From NCBI RefSeq assembly GCF_057098645.1, contig NZ_CM169472.1: 64,000 bases of DNA; one strand, given 5' to 3'. Every line of letters begins with the position of its first letter. The first letter of the stretch is position 1. Shown piece by piece: positions 50,772 to 64,000 of this stretch. The translations under genes and the position numbers were made by a program. The notes under the pieces were generated by a model that saw only the letters and a program-made list of their open reading frames with translations, did no database searches and was not told the origin of the DNA.

Positions 50772-52289
50772 TTAAGGTAGCGTCTTATACATCGGGACAT
50801 AACCTACATCTTCCACCAAACTCTGCCCCTGCGGCGTTAAAAACCATTCCACCAATTTTTGTGTCTCTGACGTCGTATTTTCCCTCGTTACCATAAAGGC
50901 ATCGACGATATAGGGATATTTGCCGTTGCGAATATTTTCCGCAGTCGGTGCAATACCGTTAATCGCTAGCAGTTTTATATTTTTATCGGCGTTCATTTGT
51001 GTTGCGTAATAACGGAAGGTGTAACCTATTGCGTTGTTTGTATTACGATATTCGGCAACGACTTTAATCATTCCCTCCATTACGCTTGCCACTTCGGTTT
51101 CCTGCGGCGAGATCATGCGGACATTTTTCATGACCTGTGATTGCATCACTGTCTGGCTGCCAGAGTCTTCCGGGCGCTGCCAGGTCTGGATCTCCTGATC
51201 GTTACCGCCAACAGTACGCCAATTGGTAATTGCACCACTGAAAATGTCACGCACCTGTTGTTCAGTCAGGGAATTAACCGGATTATCCGCATTGACGATG
51301 AAAACGAATGCTTCACGGGCAAAGGGGGTGTACAGCAAAGTGACACCAGATTCCTTTGCACGTTTTTTTTGCCCACCGGAAGGTTGCGCCACGAAAATAA
51401 TATCAGCATCGCCCTTAACGATTTTGTTATATGCTTCTGGCGTACGAGAGTTTTCCAGATAATCCCAAACGTGAAAATCCTCTGGTATTACACTTAATGC
51501 ATAAAATGCAGAAGCATAAATTGGGTACGCAGCCGTGGCGCCATCGATTCGCGGCCAGTTTTGCCTAAACTGAATTTGCGGTTTGCCACGCAGCGGCGTC
51601 AGTCGATTATTGAGTTTATCGGGTTGCCAGGCCCAGATATCAATATTTTCGCGTACACCGACACCAGGATTGAGCTGTTTATATAAATAACCCTGATAAC
51701 CAGCGACAAAACCAAGCATGAGAAGGATAAACAGGAGGGAATTACGGCAACGTAGCCCGGATGTACCGGTTAAAGGATGTCTGGTTGGCCGGCCGTACCC
51801 CAGCGAAAAACTGATATGCGCGCCAACGGGTATAATGACTATCCACCAGTACTCACCTCCGACTACTGAGACTAACAAAACGCCCAGCCAGGGGAGCATA
51901 AGATCAGCCAACCAACCCGATCCCATCTGGTGAAATTGATAATCTGCCAGATGCAGCGCGATTATCCAGCCAACCAGGATTAATAAAGCGGGTACTAAAA
52001 AAAGACATTGTCGCCAGACGGCTATTTCTCTTTTTTCTGGTGCACTATCGCCTGCCCATACTCGCCCCGAGAAAAATAGCATTAATGCGCCCAGCGCCAG
52101 CATAAAAATGTTGAGCAGAAGGTAAATTGTTGGCGTGATAAGGATATTACAAACTTCAATAATACCGGCAAGTCCGACACCCAGCATAGCAACAACCGCC
52201 GCCAAAAATTGCGTCAGTATGGGGATGCCGAAAAAAGTCATTACCAGCGAGGACAAAATCCATTTTCTGTTTTGCATTATTCTTTCCAT
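50772..52289 (-). CDS. Membrane-anchored PstS-like (PBP type 2) substrate-binding domain protein (gene 1 of accessory operon)
   Basis: 505 aa ORF: N-terminal ~240 aa with ~6 hydrophobic helices, C-terminal ~260 aa resembling phosphate-binding-protein folds (AAYPIYASAF..., LTEQQVRDIFSGAITNWRTVGG..., EDSGSQ, AIGYTFRYYA, INGIAPTAENIRNGKYPY...). Start may be the Met at 52277. Confidence 0.7.
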   Translation of the reverse strand: MERIMQNRKWILSSLVMTFFGIPILTQFLAAVVAMLGVGLAGIIEVCNILITPTIYLLLNIFMLALGALMLFFSGRVWAGDSAPEKREIAVWRQCLFLVPALLILVGWIIALHLADYQFHQMGSGWLADLMLPWLGVLLVSVVGGEYWWIVIIPVGAHISFSLGYGRPTRHPLTGTSGLRCRNSLLFILLMLGFVAGYQGYLYKQLNPGVGVRENIDIWAWQPDKLNNRLTPLRGKPQIQFRQNWPRIDGATAAYPIYASAFYALSVIPEDFHVWDYLENSRTPEAYNKIVKGDADIIFVAQPSGGQKKRAKESGVTLLYTPFAREAFVFIVNADNPVNSLTEQQVRDIFSGAITNWRTVGGNDQEIQTWQRPEDSGSQTVMQSQVMKNVRMISPQETEVASVMEGMIKVVAEYRNTNNAIGYTFRYYATQMNADKNIKLLAINGIAPTAENIRNGKYPYIVDAFMVTRENTTSETQKLVEWFLTPQGQSLVEDVGYVPMYKTLP

Positions 52290-52306
52290 TCTTTCTGAAT
52301 GGCGAA

Positions 52307-52312
52307 ATTATA
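52307..52312 (-). promoter_or_regulatory. Candidate -10 hexamer (TATAAT) for the accessory operon
   Basis: Perfect TATAAT on the minus strand about 18-30 bp upstream of the two candidate start codons of gene 1; no good -35 seen. Confidence 0.35.
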
Positions 52313-52361
52313 CTCCCCGAGTCCCCTTGCCCCTTCTGGACACTTTTCCGAAATGATGGCG

Positions 52362-52388
52362 AAAAAAACGGGACCCTTTGGCCCCGTT
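52362..52388 (-). terminator. Intrinsic terminator of glgP (glgCAP operon)
   Basis: Minus strand reads AACGGGGCCAAAGGGTCCCGTTTTTTT: a 7-bp stem (one G-U pair) then seven T, immediately after the glgP stop. Confidence 0.7.
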
Positions 52389-52404
52389 CTATTTATTGGT
52401 GAAA

Positions 52405-54870
<2,466 letters not shown>

Positions 54871-56304
54871 CTATTTCAAGCGATAGTAAAGCTCACGGTA
54901 CGACTTCGCCGCGACCTGCCAGCTAAAATCCATTGCCATAGCCTGACGTTGCACAAACCGCCACAGTGAAGGACGGGACCACAGTACAAAAGCACGTCGA
55001 ATAGCCCGTAACAGCGACCAGGCATTACTATCTTCAAAGACAAACCCACTGGCGACGCCATCTGCAAGGTTCTCAAGAGAACAGTCAGAAACCGTATCAG
55101 CAAGCCCACCGGTGCGCCGCACTAACGGCAGCGTACCGTACTTCAATCCATAAAGTTGCGTTAAGCCGCACGGTTCAAAACGGCTGGGCACCAGAATGAC
55201 GTCCGCGCCGCCCATAATGCGATGCGAAAATGCTTCGTGATAGCCAATCTGAACGCCCACCTGGCCGGGGTATTCCGCTGCCGCCGCAAGGAAACCTTCC
55301 TGCAGCACCGGATCGCCCGCGCCGAGTAGCGCCAGCTGCCCGCCCTGCTCCAGAAGGCCCGGTAAGGCTTCCAGCACCAGGTCGAGACCTTTCTGGCTGG
55401 TCAGACGGCTCACCACTGCAAAAAGCGGCACTTTATCGTCAACCTTAAGCCCCATTGCGATTTGTAACTGGCGCTTATTTTCCGCTTTATCTTCCAACGT
55501 ATCGCGGGTGTAACGCGAGGCCAACAGTAAGTCCGTCTCTGGACTCCAGATTTTCTCGTCCACGCCGTTCAGTACGCCGGAAAGACGCCCTTCACGGTGA
55601 CGCTGTTGCAACAGACCTTCCATACCGTAGGCAAACTGCGGTTCGGTGATCTCGCGAGCGTAGGTTGGACTGACCGCCGTAATGTGATCGGCATAGTACA
55701 GACCGGCCTTCAGGAAAGAGATTTGTCCGTTGAATTCCAGCCCATGAATATTAAAGAATGACCATGGCAATTGGATGTCATTCATGTGATGTGCATAAAA
55801 CATGCCTTGATAGGCCAGGTTGTGCACAGTAAACACCGACTTCGCCGGACGCCCGCGCGCCGCCAGATATGCAGGCGCAAGGCCTGCATGCCAGTCGTGC
55901 GCATGCACCACATCAGGACGCCAGAATGGGTCAAGCCCGCTGGCCATTTCTGCCCCAACCCACCCCAGCAGCGCAAAACGCAATACGTTGTCGGTATAGG
56001 CAAATAAGTTGGTATCGTGATACGGGCTTCCCGGACGATCATAGAGATGCGGCGCGTCAATCAGGTATATGCCAACCCCGTTGTAATGACCGAACAACAG
56101 CGTGATATGTCCGGCGAAGGTATCACGACGGGATACTACCTGCGCATCGGTCACGCCACGGCGAATATCGGGAAATGCAGGCAACAGTACGCGAGCGTCA
56201 ACGCCGTCTGCGATTTGTGCTGCGGGTAATGCCCCAATAACATCAGCCAGACCGCCGGTTTTAAGCAGCGGGAACATCTCTGAACATACATGTAAAACCT
56301 GCAT
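54871..56304 (-). CDS. glgA: Glycogen synthase
   Basis: 477 aa [33 protein letters not shown]... (KTGGL motif). Confidence 0.96.
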
Positions 56305-57599
56305 TATCGCTCCTGTTTATGCCCTAACTTCCGTAGCATTTCGCGCGTTACCAGCACGATGCCTTCTTCTGAACGATAGAAACGACGTGCATCTTCCTCT
56401 GCGTTTTCACCAATCACCATGCCTTCCGGAATAACACAAGCACGATCAATGACGCAGCGGCGCAGACGGCACGAGCGACCTACCCATACTTCCGGTAACA
56501 ATACGGCGGAATCAATGTTGCAGAATGAATTCACGCGAACGCGCGAGAACAGAACGGACTGCACCACCACCGAACCGGAGATCACACAACCGCCGGAAAC
56601 CAGTGAGTTAAGGGTCATCCCGTGGCTACCGGAGCGATCCTGCACGAATTTCGCTGGCGGTAATGATTCATTGTAGGTGCGAATTGGCCAATTGCGATCG
56701 TACATATCCAGCTCCGGTACCACAGAGGCCAGATCGAGGTTCGCTTTCCAGTAAGCTTCCAGCGTACCCACATCGCGCCAGTACGGCTCGGCATCCGGGT
56801 CGGATTGTACGCAAGAGAGCGGGAACGGGTGCGCATAGGCCAGACCGGCTTCGGTGATCTTGGGAATCAAATCTTTGCCAAAGTCGTGGCTGGAGTTCTC
56901 ATCGCGATCGTCTTCTTCCAGCAGTTCATACAGATAGTCGGCGTCAAAGACGTAGATACCCATACTCGCCAGAGATTTGCTCGGATCGTTCGGCATTGAC
57001 GGCGGGTTAGCAGGTTTTTCAACGAATTCGATAATTTTATCGTTCTCATCAACCGCCATAACGCCAAATGCGGAGGCTTCTTCAATCGGTACTGGCATAC
57101 AAGCAACGGTGCAACGTGCGCCTTTTTCGACGTGATCGATAAGCATACGCGAGTAGTCTTGCTTGTAGATATGGTCGCCCGCCAGGATCACCACGTATTC
57201 CGCTTTATAACGGCGGATAATATCGAGGTTTTGGGTGACCGCATCTGCGGTGCCGCGATACCAGTTTTCCCCTTTCATTCTCTGCTGTGCTGGCAGCAGA
57301 TCGACAAACTCGTTCATTTCTTCATTGAAGAATGACCAGCCGCGCTGAATGTGCTGCACCAGAGTGTGGGACTGGTACTGGGTGATCACGCCCATACGAC
57401 GGATCCCGGAGTTGATGCAGTTAGACAGCGCAAAGTCGATAATGCGGAACTTACCGCCGAAGTGTACGGCCGGTTTTGCTCGCTTATTGGTTAAATCCTT
57501 CAGGCGGGTACCACGTCCTCCCGCCAGTATCAGGGCAACAGATTTCAATGGCAGCTGGCGCGCCAACATTAAGTGATCGTTCTTCTCTAAACTAACCAT
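56304..57599 (-). CDS. glgC: Glucose-1-phosphate adenylyltransferase
   Basis: ORF 56304..57635 trimmed to [33 protein letters not shown]... (431 aa); stop overlaps the glgA start by 1 nt. Confidence 0.95.
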
Positions 57600-57616
57600 G
57601 ACTAACTCCTTTTTTA

Positions 57617-59590
57617 TCATCTCTGGAACACACACAATCCGTGTGCAGGTCCCTGCCAGACAGCCGTAATCACTGGGTTATCCTCTCCAGCGAATGGGGG
57701 AATGGCGTGCCACTCCCCAGCAGGTAAAACAATCTCTGTTACCTCAAGCGTGGCGTTAATTGCGATCAAAAAGCGATCCGAGAGCAGAATTTGCAGCTGT
57801 TTCGGCCCGTTTTGCCACTCATCCGTGCTTAAAGGTTGAGCATATCGATTTAGCCAACGGACATTGCCGTCGCCTTCTTCCCACCAGCGATTCTCCACCA
57901 AAGCGGGAATACGCTTGCGCAGATGGATTAACGCGGCGGTAAATGCGGTTAAACCACTGCTTGCCTGCGACCAGTCCAACCAGGTTAATTGGTTATCCTG
58001 ACAGTAGGCATTGTTATTGCCATGCTGGCTGTGACCATGTTCGTCACCGGCCAGTAACATCGGCGTGCCCTGGGAGAGCAACAACGTTGTTAACAGGGCA
58101 TGAATGCTGTCGCGCCGCCGTTCAACCAGATCAAGAGTACCGCCTAACCCTTCTTTACCATGATTGTTACTGTAATTGTTGTTGGTCCCGTCGCGATTTT
58201 CTTCTCCGTTTGCTTCATTGTGTTTATGGTTGAAGCAAACGCAGTCGCGAAGCGTAAAACCGTCATGTGCGGTGACGAGATTAATCGCGGCACTCGGCAG
58301 ACGACCATTACGTTTAAAAACATCGCTGGAGGCAGCAAAACGCCCGGCAAACGCCCCCAGAGGCAAATCATAATGCAGCCAGAAACGACGGGCAGCATCG
58401 CGGAAATGATCGTTCCACTCGGCAAACAGCGGCGGGAAATTTCCCACCTGATAACCACCAGGAGCGATATCCCACGGTTCAGCAATTAACTTCACCTGCG
58501 AGAGCACCGGGCAGTTCTGGATTGCGGTAAACAACGGCGCATCCTGACGGAACTCTGGCGTACGGCCCATGACTGCCGCCAGATCAAAGCGGAAACCATC
58601 GACGTGGCAGGTTTCTACCCAATAACGCAGGCAAGCGCTGGCATAATCCACCACCGCCGGGTGACTCAAATTGAGCGTGTTGCCACAACCGGTCCAGTTG
58701 TGATAATCGCCGTCTTCTCTTATCCAATAATAGCTACGGTTGTCGATCCCACGCAGCGAGAATAACGGGCCGTCGAGGTCCAGTTCCGCACTATGGTTGA
58801 GTACGATATCAAGAATGACTTCGATACCCGCTTTATGCAGTGCTTTGATTGCATCGCGAAACTCATCCAGCGCCGTTTCTGGCGAGCAGGCATACGCCGG
58901 ATGCAGCGCAAACATCGCCACCGGGTTGTAACCCCAGTAGTTACTTAGCCCCATGCGTTGCAGACGTGGTTCACTGGCAAACTGCGCCACTGGCAGCAGT
59001 TCCAGCGCGGTAATGCCCAATTGTTTCAAATAGTTGATCATCACCGGATGCCCGAGGGCTTTATAAGTGCCACGGATCTCGACCGGGATCTCCGGGTGCA
59101 GGTACGTTAATCCTTTAACATGGGCTTCATAAATGATGGTGCTGCCCCACGGCGTGCGCGGCGGGGCATCATCTTCCCAGTCATAGTGATCAACCACCAC
59201 TACGCATTTCGGCGCAATGGCGGCGTTGTCGCGATAGTCAGGTTCATTATGACCGGCGTGCAGCAGCGGGTTATCTTTAAATTCCCCGTCAATTTGCCGC
59301 GCGCAAGGATCAATCAACAACTTCGCCGGGTTAAAGCGATGCCCCTCGGCGGGTTGCCAGGGGCCATGAACGCGATAACCATAACGCAAACCCGGGCGCG
59401 CATCCGGCAGATAACCGTGCCAAATGTCGCCACTGTGCCCTGGCAAGTCATAGCGATGTTCCTGGCCATTGGCGTCAAAGACACACAGCTCTACCCGCTC
59501 GGCATGAGCGGAGAAAAGTGTGAAGTTGACGCCCTGACCGTCGTAATGCGCGCCGAGGGGAGCGGGCTTGCCAATGGCGAGTTGTGTCAT
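57617..59590 (-). CDS. glgX: Glycogen debranching enzyme
   Basis: 657 aa [39 protein letters not shown]... Confidence 0.96.
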
Positions 59591-61773
59591 TCTGCCTCCC
59601 GAACCAGCCAGATAGTGGCCAGCGGTGGTAGCGTCAGGCTTAGTGAATGCTGACGACCGTGGCTGGCAATCTCATCGCTGTGTACCGTGCCGCCATTGCC
59701 TGCATTACTGCCGTGATAGTGCATGGAATCGGTATTGAGGATCTCACGCCATTTGCCTGGCTGATTAATGCCGAAGCGATAATCATGACGCGGCACCGGC
59801 GTAAAGTTACTGGCAACGATGATTTCGTTACCCTCTTTATCGCGACGCACAAAGATCAGCACCGAGCGTTCTTTGTCATCCACCACCAGCCATTCAAAGC
59901 CGTACGGGTCAAAATCCAGTTCATGCATCGCTTTATGGTGGCGGTAGGTGAGGTTCAGATCGCGCACCAGACGCTGGACACCGTGGTGCCAGTTATCGCC
60001 GCCTTCCAACAGATGCCAGTCGAGGCTGGCGTCATGGTTCCACTCGCGGCCCTGGGCAAATTCGTTCCCCATGAACAGCAGTTTCTTGCCCGGAAATGCC
60101 CACATCCAGCCATAGTAAGCGCGCAGGTTAGCGAATTTCTGCCATGCGTCGCCCGGCATCCGGTCGAGAATCGATTTTTTACCGTGGACCACTTCATCAT
60201 GCGACAACGGCAGGACGAAGTTTTCAGTGTAGTTGTAGAGCATCCCGAAGGTAAGTTTATCGTGATGATACTGACGATAAATCGGGTCGAGTTTCATGTA
60301 GTCCAGGGTGTCATGCATCCAGCCGAGGTTCCACTTGTACCAGAAGCCCAGACCGCCCATATCCTGCGGACGAGAAACGCCAGGGAAATCGGTAGACTCC
60401 TCAGCCATTGTCACCGCACCGGAAACCTGCTCACCAAGAATACGGTTGGTATTACGCAAGAATTCAATCGCTTCAAGATTCTCGCGCCCGCCAAATTCGT
60501 TCGGGATCCACTCCCCCTCTTTACGGCTGTAGTCGCGATAAATCATTGACGCCACCGCATCGACGCGCAGCGCATCAATACCAAAACGTTCAATCCAGTA
60601 AAGCGCGTTACCGACAAGGAAGTTACTGACTTCACGGCGACCATAGTTGTAGATTAGCGTGTTCCAGTCCTGATGATAGCCTTCACGCGGATCGCTGTGT
60701 TCATACAAGTTCGTGCCATCAAATTCGGCAAGCGCAAAGTCATCAGTCGGGAAGTGGCCTGGCACCCAGTCGAGAATCACGTTCAGACCAGCTGCGTGTG
60801 CGGCATCAATGAAATAACGGAAGTCGTCGCGAGTACCAAAACGGCGGGTCGGTGCATACAGGCCGGTTGGCTGATAACCCCAACTGCCATCGAAGGGATG
60901 CTCGTTAATGGGCAGTAGTTCGAGGTGGGTAAAGCCCATCCATTTAGCATAAGGCACCAGTTGATCGGCCAGCTCGCGGTAGCTCAACCAGAAATTGTTG
61001 TCGGTGTGGCGACGCCAGGAGCCCAGGTGAACTTCATAAATAGAGATTGGCGCATCAAACTGATTCGCTTTTTTGCGCTCTTCAGTCTGTACAACCTTTT
61101 CCGGCAGCCCGCAAATAAGAGACGCGGTTTCCGGGCGCATTTGCGCTTCGAAGGCATAAGGGTCGGACTTCAGACGCAAGTTGCCATTGGCATCAATCAT
61201 CTCGTATTTATAGAGCTGACCGTTATGCGCCCCAGGGATAAACAGTTCCCAGATGCCGCTCTCTTTACGCAGGCGCATCGGGTGACGGCGACCGTCCCAG
61301 TAGTTGAATTGCCCAACCACCGAGACCCGACGGGCGTTTGGAGCCCAGACAGAGAAACGCGTACCTGTGACGCCATCCATAGTATCTGCATGCGCGCCTA
61401 AGGTTTCATACGGGCGCAGGTGAGTACCTTCAGATAATAGCCAGGCATCCATTTCCTGGATTAGCGGACCAAAACGGTAAGGATCATCAATCAGGTTTTG
61501 CTGACCATGCCAGACAACAGCCAACTGATAGCGGAAAAAATTCTTACGTCGCGGAATGACGCCGCTAAAGAATCCCCGTGAGTCGAGACACTCCAGTTTT
61601 GCGAGTTTGCGCCCGGTTTTCGGTTCAATCACCCACACATCGGTAGCGTCGGGTAAAAGGGCACGGACTTCCAGTCCCGCGGTGGTTTTATGCATTCCCA
61701 GTACGGAAAAAGGATCCGCAAAATGGCCTGCAATTAGCGCGTTAATCACGTCTCTATCGATACGATCGGACAT
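59587..61773 (-). CDS. glgB: 1,4-alpha-glucan branching enzyme
   Basis: 728 aa [40 protein letters not shown]...; stop overlaps the glgX start. Confidence 0.96.
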   Translation of the reverse strand: MSDRIDRDVINALIAGHFADPFSVLGMHKTTAGLEVRALLPDATDVWVIEPKTGRKLAKLECLDSRGFFSGVIPRRKNFFRYQLAVVWHGQQNLIDDPYRFGPLIQEMDAWLLSEGTHLRPYETLGAHADTMDGVTGTRFSVWAPNARRVSVVGQFNYWDGRRHPMRLRKESGIWELFIPGAHNGQLYKYEMIDANGNLRLKSDPYAFEAQMRPETASLICGLPEKVVQTEERKKANQFDAPISIYEVHLGSWRRHTDNNFWLSYRELADQLVPYAKWMGFTHLELLPINEHPFDGSWGYQPTGLYAPTRRFGTRDDFRYFIDAAHAAGLNVILDWVPGHFPTDDFALAEFDGTNLYEHSDPREGYHQDWNTLIYNYGRREVSNFLVGNALYWIERFGIDALRVDAVASMIYRDYSRKEGEWIPNEFGGRENLEAIEFLRNTNRILGEQVSGAVTMAEESTDFPGVSRPQDMGGLGFWYKWNLGWMHDTLDYMKLDPIYRQYHHDKLTFGMLYNYTENFVLPLSHDEVVHGKKSILDRMPGDAWQKFANLRAYYGWMWAFPGKKLLFMGNEFAQGREWNHDASLDWHLLEGGDNWHHGVQRLVRDLNLTYRHHKAMHELDFDPYGFEWLVVDDKERSVLIFVRRDKEGNEIIVASNFTPVPRHDYRFGINQPGKWREILNTDSMHYHGSNAGNGGTVHSDEIASHGRQHSLSLTLPPLATIWLVREAE

Positions 61774-62045
61774 GCTTGTCTTCCTGTTTTATTGTGTCAC
61801 CCCATCCAATTGGATTTTTGACTTCTGGTTGTGACATTTTTTTGACCTGAACGGCGCAGCACTCTGTGCATCCTCTCTGCGTCGTCCTCACTTCAGGTAA
61901 GGCTGTGAATACTCATGTATTCAGCCACCCTTAAAGAATAGCCAATGCTCTATTTAACTCCCGGTAAATCATGAAACATCTGCGCTTACTCCTGTATTAC
62001 GCACTAACAGGGGCGGCATCGCGCCCCAGATTTAATGAATAAAGA

Positions 62046-63149
62046 TTACGCCAGTTGACGAAGCATCCGACGCAGCGGCTCCGCGGCCCCCCACAGCAGC
62101 TGGTCGCCCACGGTAAAGGCTGACAGGAACTCTGGTCCCATATTCAGCTTACGCAGGCGGCCTACCGGCGTGGTCAGCGTGCCGGTAACGGCAGCTGGGG
62201 TTAGCTCACGCATAGTGATTTCCCGATCGTTCGGAACGACTTTCGCCCACGGATTGTGCGCAGCCAGCAGTTCTTCCACGGTCGGAATCGACACATCTTT
62301 TTTCAATTTAATAGTGAATGCCTGGCTGTGGCAGCGCAATGCCCCGACACGCACACATAAACCATCTACCGGAATTACGGAAGATGTGTTGAGGATCTTG
62401 TTGGTTTCCGCCTGCCCTTTCCACTCTTCGCGGCTCTGACCGTTATCGAGCTGTTTGTCGATCCACGGAATCAGGCTACCCGCCAGCGGCACGCCAAAGT
62501 TATCCACCGGCAGCTCACCGCTACGGGTTAAGGTTGTGACTTTGCGTTCGATATCGAGAATAGCAGAGGACGGGGTCGCGAGTTCATCTGCTACATGGCC
62601 ATACAGATGGCCCATCTGGGTTAATAACTCACGCATATGTCGCGCACCACCGCCGGAAGCGGCCTGGTAGGTTGCAACGGACACCCAATCAACAAGATCA
62701 TTGGCGAATAAACCACCCAACGACATCAACATCAGGCTTACGGTACAGTTACCGCCAACAAAAGTCCTGATGCCATTATTTAATCCGTCGGTAATGACGT
62801 CCTGATTGACGGGGTCAAGAATGATGATGGCGTCATCTTTCATGCGCAGAGACGATGCTGCGTCAATCCAGTAACCCTGCCATCCGCTTTCACGAAGCTT
62901 TGGATAGATTTCGTTGGTATAATCGCCGCCCTGACAGGTCACAATGATATCGAGGGCCTTTAGCGCCTCCAGATCAAAGGCATCCTGAAGTGTGCCAGTG
63001 GTTCCGCCAAAAGACGGCGCAGCCTGACCAAGCTGAGAAGTAGAAAAGAAGACAGGGCGAATGGCGTCGAAGTCGCGCTCTTCAACCATGCGTTGCATGA
63101 GAACGGAGCCGACCATACCGCGCCAGCCGATAAAACCAACATTTTTCAT
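62046..63149 (-). CDS. asd: Aspartate-semialdehyde dehydrogenase
   Basis: ORF 62046..63209 trimmed to [27 protein letters not shown]... (367 aa). Confidence 0.96.
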
Positions 63150-63340
63150 AAGCGTTTTTTCCTGCAAAGATGTGTGCTGTATAAATGTGCCGGTCTCCTC
63201 TTGGCACATCTTTCACCATACAAAAAGCAGCCAAAGTCGCAAGTGAAATTAATCAATGATAGCGAAGCCATCAGTAATGCGACTTATCCTGCTTTGTTAG
63301 CACGCAGAAAGTCCGCGGCAATTATCAGGGAATTTGAGTT

Positions 63341-63934
63341 ATGAATGAAATCATTTCTGCAGCAGTTTTATTGATCCTGATTATGGATCCGCTCGGAAAC
63401 CTACCTATTTTCATGTCCGTACTGAAACATACTGAACCGAAAAGACGGCGGGCAATCATGGTGCGAGAGTTGCTTATTGCTCTCCTGGTGATGCTGGTGT
63501 TCCTGTTTGCGGGTGAGAAAATTCTGGCATTTCTTAGCCTGCGAGCAGAAACCGTCTCCATTTCTGGCGGCATCATTCTGTTTCTGATCGCCATTAAGAT
63601 GATTTTCCCCAGCGCTTCAGGAAATAGCAGCGGGCTTCCGGCAGGTGAAGAGCCATTTATCGTGCCGTTGGCAATTCCGTTAGTCGCCGGGCCGACTATT
63701 CTCGCCACGCTGATGTTGCTGTCTCACCAGTACCCAAATCAGATGGGACATCTGGTGATTGCTCTGCTGCTGGCTTGGGGCGGCACCTTTGTCATCCTGC
63801 TACAGTCTTCGCTATTTTTACGTCTGCTGGGCGAGAAAGGGGTGAACGCACTTGAACGCCTGATGGGATTGATTCTGGTGATGATGGCAACCCAGATGTT
63901 CCTCGACGGCATTCGAATGTGGATGAAGGGGTAA
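63341..63934 (+). CDS. yhgN: MarC-family inner membrane protein YhgN
   Basis: 197 aa polytopic membrane ORF MNEIISAAVLLILIMDPLGNLPIFMSVLKH... Confidence 0.92.
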   Translation: MNEIISAAVLLILIMDPLGNLPIFMSVLKHTEPKRRRAIMVRELLIALLVMLVFLFAGEKILAFLSLRAETVSISGGIILFLIAIKMIFPSASGNSSGLPAGEEPFIVPLAIPLVAGPTILATLMLLSHQYPNQMGHLVIALLLAWGGTFVILLQSSLFLRLLGEKGVNALERLMGLILVMMATQMFLDGIRMWMKG

Positions 63935-64000
63935 CGAGGAGAGTTTTTCGAAAAGAGCCCGGTAGCGTCACAACTACCGGGCGAACAAACTTAACTCAAC

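Noticed and set aside
61990-62030. GC-rich dyad (GGGGCG...CGCCCC) downstream of asd
   Set aside because: No T-run on the asd-transcribed strand and the pairing is ambiguous; not called as a terminator.

Overview
This window reads as a ~64 kb Escherichia coli-type chromosomal segment running damX' - aroB - aroK - hofQPONM - mrcA - nudE - igaA - yrfG - hslR - hslO - yhgE - pckA - envZ - ompR - greB - tex(yhgF) - feoABC - yhgA(rpnA) - bioH - gntX - nfuA - gntT - malQ - malP - malT - rtcA - rtcB - rtcR - glpR - glpG - glpE - glpD - glgP - glgA - glgC - glgX - glgB - asd - yhgN. Gene identities rest on my recognition of the translated ORFs, not on any search. Against that conserved backbone, three inserted cargo modules stand out, none of which I recall in the K-12 layout: (1) a MazE/MazF-like toxin-antitoxin pair between yhgA and bioH, preceded by a perfect 16-bp inverted repeat; (2) a DUF1778(RHH)/GNAT-acetyltransferase (TacAT/AtaRT-like) toxin-antitoxin pair between malT and rtcA; (3) a tightly coupled four-gene minus-strand operon between glpD and glgP that I could not assign to any named system and regard as the best candidate for an undescribed system. 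It encodes a polytopic-membrane/PstS-like binding-domain fusion, two soluble cysteine-rich proteins of unknown family, and a small polytopic membrane protein. In addition, rtcR carries an in-frame amber codon that would remove its C-terminal domain, leaving the consensus sigma54 promoter of rtcBA without an intact activator. No rRNA, tRNA, CRISPR array or IS element was recognised. Several REP/BIME repeats, intrinsic terminators and known operator types (GlpR, MalT, GntR, Fur) are visible. All coordinates were counted by hand and small sites may be off by a base or two.
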